Source: Phallusia mammillata (taxonomy: Eukaryota). Taken from it: DNA of 64,000 nucleotides. The translations under genes and the position numbers were made by a program. The stretch is taken from positions 3,906,001-3,970,000 of the forward strand of contig OZ281499.1 in NCBI GenBank assembly GCA_965637545.1. The letters are read 5' to 3'. The notes beneath the pieces were generated by a model. The model saw only the letters and a list, made by a program, of their open reading frames with translations, made no database searches and was not told where the DNA came from. This document shows positions 1 through 10,900 of this stretch, one piece after another; within the stretch, counting starts at the first letter, position 1, and every line of letters starts with the position of its first letter.

Positions 1-408
1 TTTTCGCCGTATACGTGCACTATCGGCTTGCCCGATTATCGGAAACGTGTTTAATACCCTTTGCTGTTTAGATACACAATACACAAATGACGAGAACAAA
101 AGCATTGTTTAAAATGCCAAGCTGTTCTAAAGAAATAGGGTGGCGTTATGTTAGGTTTTTCATGTTATTTTTTCGTTTGTGTTATGAAAAAAAATTGCAA
201 ACGTGTTTCAGCTCAAAATAACAATACAAAGAGTAGCTCGTTCAGGCTTGCTTGACGCAATTTATTTTTTACTCACTTTCAACATCAAAGACATTTTAGC
301 TAATTACCTATCAGTGGAACATCAAAAACAATACATGACAAAAATGAGAGGTTATAAAAAATAATTTACACCATTATCGCCAAAACCACTATCTGTTTTT
401 AGTTTGAC

Positions 409-3400
409 CTTGCTTCCTTTGATGAATTCTTGACCAGGTTTGGGTACAGTGATTTGCCATCTGTCATAACAATCATGAGCCGTGGAATATTGTTAATTCT
501 TTGGCTGCTAAATTCTTTCACTGCTGCGTCGATTCCCTTGTCGGTTTGAGTACCACTATTCGCGTAAGTAGTGTTCAAAACCAATTCTACAACAAACACA
601 CAAAAATATAACTCAAGTTAACTTCTGCACCTATACCTTTTGCATGACAAATACGTCGGTGTCAAAACTCAATTAACTAAAGAATTTTATTTACACAACA
701 AATTTTGTTCGATGAATGTACGAAAAGTTTGTTACGTAAAATTATTTTTGATAAAAAGGTTGTTGATCTTTGAAGCGTTTGTGGATGGTTATTTTAATAG
801 GAAAAGTTAATTACTATGTTGTTTGACGTTGTGCTAACATTTTCACCCATTAGAGAAAGCACAGTAAGGTTTTTACCTATGATACAGGAAACTACGATAA
901 GAATTCTACAAACAAAAGCATTTATTTAAAGAAGAAGAAAAAAGGTCATGGCCAAAATACTAATATTTCTGTAAGAACACACAAAACCGCTTCCAAAAAG
1001 CGGGATGAATCAGTAAAGATACGTTAAGAAATAAATATTTCGCCTCCATAACATCTACAGTTGCTTATTTCAAATGAAATTCTGAAAGGTATCTTAATTT
1101 TTATCCACCGTGCAACAAATCGTTACCCACCGAACAACCGAACAGCGCTTCTTTTTTCCAACGAAATCGACAGTCGTGCACTGTTTGCATAGTTAACCAT
1201 TCCAACTCTTACATCACCTACATTGATGGATGACCTATAATGGAAAAAAATCTGACTGATCCACTTCGACATAAAGCTGGCATTGGCCATCAGTTGGTCA
1301 ACACGTTTTCTATCATTTACCCCAGTAAAAGATGTAATTAACCTCCACGTCTTATAGTCCCACAAAAGTTGTCCTAAAAAAAGCTTGTAGGCGAATGTTT
1401 TGTCATTGACATTCTTAGTGTGAGCAATTGTAAAAAAAGACTACGTTAGTAAAAACAAACAGATCGAATCAAGCAAATATTTTATTTAAAAGTCCTAATA
1501 ACAAATTACTTCAAATGTAAAATGTATTTTGTGAATATAAATCTACGAACATTGGGTCAATTACAGTCTTTGTCCACCAAGCAACGACATTTGTTCAAAG
1601 TTTCGATAAACCTCAAGGCATGTCATATTTAATCCCGATTAAGAACCTATTGCACTGACCCTACAGTTTAGAAGCTTCATCCCGATAACGTCACTTACTC
1701 GAAACCTTTAGCAACGCTATTTATCCACTCCAATGCTTTCCGGTAATTGGATATACCAACACTGCCAGACTCATCAACCACAAACATGATATCAACCTTC
1801 AAGCGACTAGAGTTTGCACACGAGAGATCTAGAAATTGCATTTATTGTGTAGATGTTGTAAATTATAGAACACCATTTATTTATACACCTTGCATTCCTA
1901 ATATGTTTGTAAATCAAGAAAAATCAACAAGAATATATAGTTAAGGCAATTCTCTTCCGGAAACTGCTTTCACCTAATCATCAGCAACATGTTTGTTGTC
2001 CTGCTTTTTACGGACTGTATACGAATATCCGCTTTAAAATCACAAAAACAATTGACAATAAAATACAACTGCCCAAAAATAGGGTAACTTTGCAATAACT
2101 AAGGCTAATCATAATGCAAGTCATAACAAAATGACCTGTGGTAATATCTTACCGGCTTGAAACGGATTTGCCATTTTCACAGTTGTAGTATTAGTGGCAT
2201 AACAGGCCCCCATTATCCATGGGTCCCCGGTGCTATTGGGGCACTGGTAGCTGTATTTCGGTGCACATGCCTACAAACACTTGGTTTTAAAATAAATAGC
2301 CTAAGTTGAGTTGAAAAAATGATTAAAGCTTACGATAACTTGTTTCTTGTTAGCAGCGTTGTCCAGGGAAAGTCCAAGTGACCCACCCTTATCTGCAATT
2401 TGTTAAGTGTATTAATGAAATTTCGGGTAAAGTATTAGAAAGAACAATTAGTTCATTGTCCACATGTGCTAATGTTATGCACACAACCCATTACCGTAAC
2501 TTTCTTGTCTCAAATACTGACGGTGGTGTTTTGATGGTCGTGGGACCCAAACACCATTATTATAGGGGCGTATTTTTGACATTAGTCATGCGAAAAATGA
2601 TTTGTTTTGTGACATTCATAACAAAGGTTTTTCCTATGACTCACCAATCTTGACACGTTCGTTGCATGTCAGCACTCCTGACGTGTTTGTGGGATCAATT
2701 TCACAACGGAACAATGCCCCATTGGAGGAATTGCCGTATTTGGGTGCGCCGATAAACAGAACTGATGTCGTGCTTTAATGTAAGACAGAGTTTTAGTTGA
2801 GTTAAAACAGAGTTAAGATTGCTTTGATTAAAGATGATTCGATAAAACGATGCCAAAAGTGGCCCTTTAGGCCCTTATCGCAGTGGTTCCCAACACACTC
2901 CTTCCTTGACAATAAAAGCATTTCATTTCTTCTTAATTTGATGCATATAGCAGATGCTAACCATACAGAACCACTGACTTATTGCTTTCAAAGTGAGTGC
3001 TCATGTATAATAGCTGGTGGAGTCAAGCAACAAATAACACAAACAAAAACCAGGAACCTTCATTCAGTTTAAACCACAGTACACAGATTCCCAATACATC
3101 AACAAAGGGATCATTAAAAACTGTAGTTAATGCACATTTTTACATATTTGGATTATTGTTTTGGCATACATTTAATGAATTCATACATATCATTACATAC
3201 GTTTTAACAAAACATTCAACAATCATCAGTGCAACCGTGGAAATGACTCTTTTTTTTCACTATGTACAAGCCGTTGGGCTTTGTATTTTGATTAGTGCTT
3301 TTTTTTCGTCAGTCTATGATATGTCTTAAATATGTTTTTTGTGGTATACTGTTTACCTAGTGTTTGTAATGGCAATACCGACGCCATACTGATATCCGGA

Positions 3401-3502
3401 TCCAGAAGGTTTCACGAGACCAACCGACCTGGTTTCGACACTTTGATGAAAAGCGAAATCTATGTACGCAACCAAAAGTACAGCAATGCAAATAGCTCGC
3501 AT
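409..3502 (-). CDS. Integrin alpha subunit with alphaI (vWA) domain, paralog A; 5' seven coding exons only, gene continues beyond the left edge
   Basis: GT-AG exons 3357-3502, 2645-2772, 2334-2392, 2153-2270, 1699-1828, 1131-1234 and 409-586 join in frame. They encode a signal peptide (MRAICIAVLLVAYIDFAF), FG-GAP motifs (LFIGAPKY, ACAPKY) and a vWA domain with MIDAS (DIMFVVDESGS ... TQT ... MIVMTDG). Colinear with paralog B at an offset of about 15.2-16 kb. Confidence 0.9.
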
Positions 3503-3829
3503 ATCTAAACAAACAATAGTGTTCTCCAAATTTTATGTTATACTATGTCCAAAGACCTGAAAACTATTACTTGTAAGGAAAAATCTGACCGCTTACATAC
3601 AATTAAGCATACAAACGTTTTTTTTCTCTTTTAAAGGATCGTTAGCGTTCTATTGAAATATAATCTACAGAAATGTTACAAAAATAACATGTTTAAGCTA
3701 AAACACTTCTATACAATGCAATTTTATCATAAAAGAAACAGCCAGGATCTCAGAACACAAGGAACCTTTGTCAACTCTATTTTGTTGGTTGTAGCTACTT
3801 TAGCAAAATACCCAAACAGTGTTTATTTT

Positions 3830-3988
3830 AGTGTACAGTGTTTCGACCTGAAAGGTCTCATCAGTGCAGCTGATAGACCGCATTGGCTAGTGTAGCTATG
3901 CAACAAACATGTATGGCTACATTAGCCAATGCGGTCTATGTTTTGTCACCATCCGCACTGATGAGTCCTTAGTGTGAATTGTCTAAAG
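3830..3988. mobile_element. Foldback element with hammerhead-ribozyme motifs in both arms
   Basis: Minus strand 3830-3870: gctgca CTGATGA gacc tttca ggtc GAAA c. Central 24-bp inverted repeat at 3873-3896 / 3916-3939. Plus-strand remnant gca CTGATGA gtcc near 3955. Confidence 0.75.
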
Positions 3989-4809
3989 TTTAAGATAAAC
4001 ATAAATTTATAACTGGGATCAGCCCTGAAGCGTCTATGCAGACCAGCGATCACCACACACTCTTATTTGGTGTCCTGCTGATTCGGTGTGTCGCCTTCAT
4101 TGGGCCTGACGTACTATGACTTGTCTGAAGCTTATAGGCACATAAACTTTACAGACATTAACTAAACTAGAAACGCTAAACACATGTTGCGCTTATTTTT
4201 AAATTCTTGAGGACAAATTATTAAAAAACATTAACCCATCTATAAAAAAGTTTTGTCTATATTCTTTTTGCATTAATATTGCCATATAATTACAAAAACG
4301 GTAAGCAAAAAAAAAATATATATCTTTCAATTTTATCCCTTGCTTTGACCTAGATATTCTCGTTCAAGGTCAGTTTTTAAACACGAATTTTCCTAGAAAG
4401 CCTTAACCGCTGTTTTACAGACATTATAAACTAAATAACCATTTGCTATACAAGGGTATACATAACAAATTGTTTTTCGCTTAACCTTGTTTCACAAAAC
4501 AAGTACCATTGACCATGTAATAACCTCTCACGGTGCAGACGTTGAACCACTGTTCAATAACCTTTAGACATTGTTTTCAATAGCACGCAGTCCTTGATTA
4601 ACAATAACGTTTCTCCCAATTTATATTTAACTTACGCATTGCTTCTGGAGTATATGTGTATACTTAAAATAAGCTATTTGGTGACAAAATATTATTCTTA
4701 ACTGTGTTTTGCGTTTCCTACAAGTTCACCGTTAGTCGTCCATGCTTGATGTCCCAATGTGCCAACCTCACCCTCTGATGTGATTCCTGCCACATAACGC
4801 TTTTAGTAA

Positions 4810-4975
4810 CTGTGTAGCTGTAGCGCGCTTGTCATCTTCCACCAATTGTGCCCTTACCTTTGTCGCGCTTTATAACGTCCCGACGTTGCGCAGCAATTTC
4901 CGGCTTGGTGAATATTTTAGCACAATTGTGCTGCTACGATTTGTATCACCGGCGAAATCAACTCAACTCAGCCTT
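4810..4975. repeat. Old interspersed repeat (about 150-200 bp)
   Basis: gtgtagct..ccaccaattgt..cgttgcNcagcaatttccg..ttggtga also occurs at 7727-7880, and inverted at about 21240-21380, 40520-40600 and 49870-49972. Confidence 0.65.
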
Positions 4976-5309
4976 CGCTAAAACTGAAACTACGCGTGCT
5001 ACTTATTAAAACCGCATAGCATTGCTGCGCTGAAGTCTAATCATCAAAACGACTGCCTAGTAAAACGCCCGTCCACAAGCAGCGATCTCACGCTATGCAT
5101 AAATCGCCGCAATTGAAAACCAATCAATTACCTTCTTTGGCTTTCCGGTGCACACATATTACGGGTAGTCATGGTAACCATTTGGATATTGAGCCAAAAT
5201 TTTGACACTCAATGAGCAATCCACTGCAAACATTTGTTTTAAATTTTATCATATGTAAGGGATTGTATTTCTGTCCTAAAGGCTTGGAAAAACTAAAACC
5301 AATTAATTC

Positions 5310-5681
5310 GGGTTTAAAGGGGTGAAAATGGGTAAATCCAATAAAAAGTTAGAAAAATATTTTGAATACCTTACATTGCACCAACCAACAAAGCAAAAAA
5401 CTCATATATCATTTACTTTTTTTCAGTACAGCCGTTTTAAAAAAATACGTTTTGGGGGCCCGCTGGGTTATTATTACGTTTTGGGTGAACCGCTGGGTTA
5501 TTCGAGGTCAAACTACAGGAGGATCAAATTTGGATCAATAACTAACATCTATCGAAATTTGAATCAATTTAAAGCAAATACTAAAAACGAATACTTTGGG
5601 TTTAAGGGGTGAAAATGGGTGAATCCAATTAAAAGTTAGAAATTTCTTTAGAATACCTTACATTGCACCAACCAACAAAGC
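5310..5681. repeat. Direct repeat of about 85 bp at about 288-bp spacing, probably a DNA-transposon remnant
   Basis: gggtttaa(a)ggggtgaaaatgggt..ccttacattgcaccaaccaacaaagc at 5310-5395 and 5598-5681. Confidence 0.7.
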
Positions 5682-7904
5682 ATGACACTCCTACATTACG
5701 TACTTTTTATTTTTAACCAAAAGCATTCTTAATGTGCATATTGCCCATCATTTAACAATTGTTCAGGTGGGCACTACTGCACGGGTTAGGAAGCTACCAG
5801 CCAAACCATGTATAGGCTATTATCATTTTGTAAATAAAAAAAAACACTCCAGGTCATCAAAAAAATTTATTTACATATATTAGCAATGCTGCTTGAAAGT
5901 TGCCAAGGCTATTGAACGTTGTTTAAATCCTGCACAATGTAATATTACTAAACTACCAAAAACAAAATGTCAACACAACACAGAAAAAACTCTCTAAAGC
6001 TTAATAAAACATTGGACCAATTATCCAGATAAAAGCCACTTACGCGCGGGTTATTGCCATCTGTACCCATTTTTTTACTTAATGAAAAACTAACAAACGC
6101 TCTGAATTAACCGTTAAAATATTGAACTAGCCTATTTCAAAACAGAGCGTAATGAAATTACTACTTTGACATAGCCGTTAAATGGTTAAGAAACCATTCA
6201 CATTTTTAATTTTTACCTTGTAATTTTGACAGCCAAATGCTAATCAAATCAACCACGAAGATCGGTTGAAATGCTTTTGGGTTTAAATTTTAAACTATTT
6301 AATAAATTGACCTATCGTTAAAAAGTGATGCAAAATACTGTATTTGCACGGTTATGTAAAAGTAATGACAAGTTGTTGCCCTAACAACAGTTTATCTTTG
6401 TTTGCAAAAGCGAACAAAAAGTGGTCAGCTTTACCGCTTGCGATATATTTGACCAGCAGATTTTGTTGTTAAATTTATTAACAAAATGATGATCTGGATC
6501 AAAAAATACAATTCCTTGCAACAATTATAACGTATACCTCAAATAAAAAGGATGTAAAAAATGTTCACGTTTTGCTTTCGATTCCAAAATATTGCCATAA
6601 TGCTGGAAATTTTACAGATGTAGAAACATATTATACTTGGCCTTTCTTAAAAACCCTTTGGCGTCATGTGGTTAACAAACGTGGTTAACAATCAATTTGA
6701 ATTGGGCGCAAAAGGCAGATATTTTTGTTGAACGTTCAGTTTAAATGACATAAGATACGAAAGAAATATTTTTTGCATTCGTTGATTCTGGCAGTGGTTT
6801 AATGCGTAAAAATCCGGGTTTTTGTCCTTTATAAAACAACAAGTACAGAAAAACATGTAGGTTCAAACACATGTTTACTTTTTAAACTTGTTTAAGCAAA
6901 AATTTTGTGGAACAAGTTGCACAAATGGATTAAGGCTTGTTTCTTTTGCTTTCTTTATTCATCAGCAGTTTCTTCGACTCGTGGTTGGTCTTCAGATGCA
7001 TCTTTAGCATTGTCGAGTCTTTCCTTATATTTACTTTTGAAGAATCCAAGCTAAACAAAATTTTTTCGTGTAAAATATAACGTTGCACCAAACTCGTGTC
7101 AAAAGATTTCAAACCGAAAACCATGTGTATGTTTCAAAAAACACTCACAAACGAACATATGGACAAATGGCCGTATAATTTCTATGGAGACAAGAATAAT
7201 TGTCCATTCTTTTATGATTTCAACCAATTTTTTATGGAGAAAGTTTCATTTGGTGTGTTATGTGGCTGGACCACCTGTCGCCCTCTTGAAGTGTTTCAGT
7301 TGAAGACACTTTTTCGCACGGTTTCAAACGCGTGATTAATTATCAATATGCTTTTGTATGTGTTGAAAACAAAAATATCTTCATAGCCGCGGTTGCCTAA
7401 TGAAGGATTTCATTTCAGGTATTGGTATTTTGGTATATTTCTTTGCATTGGCGCTTCGACAGCAAATCTAATTTTTACGATTCTTCACGGGTTGCTCTAA
7501 TTTTTAAGTTTGTTACTTCCAGGATGGATGTTTGGTAATATTCGGTTAATCCGGTCCCGTTTGGACCAAAAAATGTCCGGAGTTGGCGAAGATCCGCTTT
7601 AACCGAGGTTTACTATACTTTCAATGAGATGTCTATCATCTGAAGGCCTATGTTGTTTTCTTATTAAAAAAGTATTTCGAAACGTCTCTTGAGCCCCAGA
7701 CACTTAATTAACGCCTTGTAATGACGGTGTAGCTTCAGCGTGTTTGGCTCTCATCCACCAATTGTACCCTCCATTTTTATGCGCTCCATAACGTTTCAAC
7801 GTTGCCCAGCAATTTCCGACTTGGTGATTGTTTCAGTGCACTTATGTCGCTATGTGTTCTTCAAACAAGCGAAATAAACTTAATTAAACAACTTAACAAC
7901 TTAC

Positions 7905-10900
7905 TTTCCATAGCAAGACGACTAGAAGTGCGAGAAACAGAAGCGCCCCGACAGTGGCACCAATAATTACTCCAAGGTTTAAACCATTTTCTTCTTTATT
8001 AACTTTTTCTGGTGGTTGATATGCTTGAATTAATGTCGAGACCTGAAGACGTTTTTGTTTATTTCCAACATTCCTTTACTAAGTTTAAATACATTTCATA
8101 AAGTTAAGGCAAACGATTGACCATTATCGAAACATTGTAGCACTGTAAATGTAGTTTTCATTCACCTTGTTGTAATAACCATTTGCAGGGGTCACCGGTG
8201 ATGCCGATGTGTTAACTGACAAGCTGGACGTGAAATCGCTATTGAAATCGAGCTGCAAAAAAGTTAAAGAAGTCTGAAAGCTCAAAATTTGTATTTCCAA
8301 ACTTATATTCAAAAATAAAACTGGTACACGAGTGCCAAGTGAAAGCTACAAGAATGCCAAGTGAATTTAAGCGTACTTACAGCTGCTAGAGAGGGTATCC
8401 ACACCACGAATCTTGCTTCGATGCTCAAAGACGAAAACACATCTAGGTTGGTCACGTGACAACGAATTGTCTCGCAAATGACGTCTTCGCATGTCTGTTT
8501 AAAAAAAGACTAGTAATAATGTTTGTTTTTAAACTATATTTTTAATCAAACTAAAGGAAACCATTGCCAAAGAGCTTGTTTATTTAGAATACAAAAAGTG
8601 CTGACGTTTCAACGATCGCTGTTGTCATTATATATGGGTAGAGCTACCATCGTAAAAACTAACATTAGCCAAGTTGCTATTTTCGGTATATGGCGTGAAG
8701 AGCACAGTTATTAGAATTTTCAGTAAGTTAGGCAGGAAACCTACTGGTTTCGTTAGGAAACCTATATTCGTTAGGAAACCTACTGGTTTCGCCGGAAGTG
8801 TAACTTCCGATGGCTTCGGAAAACTAAGTGAATGTTTGAAGGTTGTGTCGTTGTTTAGAGGGATTCCCAGTTTGTTGATCATTTCTTCTGACTTGCAAAC
8901 ACACTTCGTGGCAGGCTAAGCAAAATGGACTGTTAATTCAAATTAATACGACATTGTATTTGTTAGCCAGATTCAGTTATTCTTAAACAAGCTTAAATAT
9001 TTTTCTCAAGTTTTAATGTACTGCTATTTACAAATTAATCAAGTAGCTTAAACGCTATTTTGAAATTAATTTGGGTACTTGAAATTGTTGTAATGGCGTT
9101 CCTAGATATAGGACATATACGAAATTGGAAAATCTTAGTAAAAAAGCTTAACTAACACAGAATCAACTTACTGTGCAAGCAAAATCGTACAAGTACAGCA
9201 GTTGAAAGTTATTTTTAGTCTGTTCCATCCATTTGAATATGAGCAAAGCTGATGAAAGACTATTTGCTCCTGTGTTGTAGATCTAGTTACAAATAAAACA
9301 CCAACATAAGGTAAGTTACTTGCAATTCCCCTATGTAACATATTGTCAACATATTTTATACCGTGTAGGTATGTTTGAGAGGGTTTTGGAATAAGGGGTC
9401 GCGAATGGAATGGATGATGGGACGAGACGTCGAGTGGTTGAAGATATAAACTTGTTGAGATGTTCGACTGGGGAAAAACAGTTAATTTAAAATGCGTTTG
9501 ATTTTTTTTTATTACGAAATAAAAACAAAACTTCCACAAAAGATTCCTATAGTCTTATCCGATTTAAAAAAAAATACATCTAGCTGTCGGATTCAAACTT
9601 TGTCTGCCGGTTGTATCACAAACATCATATTTTTTTATTTTTTCTGTCCAAATTGTTACAAAAAGTCCATTGACAGCAACAAGTAATGCTAACAGGTTAG
9701 CTAATCTCATAACATTTAGTGACACGATTCTATACAACCGGTCCGAACCGGCTGATTCCCACCACTGCTTACAACGGTTTGAAAGGCTTTTGTAACCTTT
9801 TTACTCTGTATTAGGGTTGCGTCAGAAAGAGCCGTTGTATTTCCAAACTTAAAATATATATCAGCGCATACATACTTTCAAAATGCAGTCACGAATTTAG
9901 TTTATACCTGGTAATTTGGAGGTTGACGTCATACTTTAACTTCCGCTGGTATCGAAACTCGTTGTTTGATGGGTTGGGATCATAAGTCTGGTTTTGTCTG
10001 CCATGAAAACAATTAACAATTATTTTTTGTTTTATTTTTGTGAATTATTAATCTGACTTACGCGGAGAATAATTGACCGCCAATTGTCAGTTGCGAAATA
10101 CTTGCACTTCGGGAGAGGGGTTCAAGAGAATAAATCAGTTCCACTTTGCACTGAAATCGGTGAGATATCATAAATAGAGTGCGTCTATGCAGACCAGCGA
10201 TCACGCAACTGTCGTATATGTAAATTACAGTATACGCCAGGCCTGTTAAAGGTGCCAAACCGAATCAGCCGGCCACCAAGCATTCATCACCATAAGGCGT
10301 AGGATAGATTACCGTGAGATTCGAACCCACGACAGGAGTCTTTCCGGGACCACCAGGAGTTGAATTTAGAATTGCCGATTCGGTATGGCGCCTTCAATGA
10401 GCCTTGCGTACTGTGATCGTTTGATAAATTTTACCTTTTTCCTGCCATATAAAAGTGATGCGGCAGACTTTAAAACCAACACAGCCTTGCCACTCATACT
10501 TTGAGTGGATGATAGGTCCGCACAGGTGGATTTGACCTAAGCAACAAACACGAACAAATTATAAAATTGAGGTGTGGAAACTGTTGTTTGAACCGCAACT
10601 GCCAAAAATTGTAAAAATATGTAAAAATGGAAACTGCAAGTTTAAACGAACAACATTTTGTCAAGATCAAAATTATAATTACCCGACTTAATTCTACAAC
10701 TGGGGATAAAACTTCGAGCCATGCTGTTGACACGTGGTCAGGTCCAAGGTTGCCAATGGTAACGGTGATTGTCAGCACTTCCTCCCCGCTTTGCATGATG
10801 TAGAAATCATTACTTGGGGGAATTCTATATGCAGCGTATGCAAGGTGACAAAAATATGTAATCAACCAATAAGGAGGACATTTTTATGAGCTATTGCTGC

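Noticed and set aside
7620-7695. Possible plus-strand hammerhead (CTGAAGG ... GAAACGTC)
   Set aside because: Non-consensus core, no credible stem II, and no stem I adjacent to the core.
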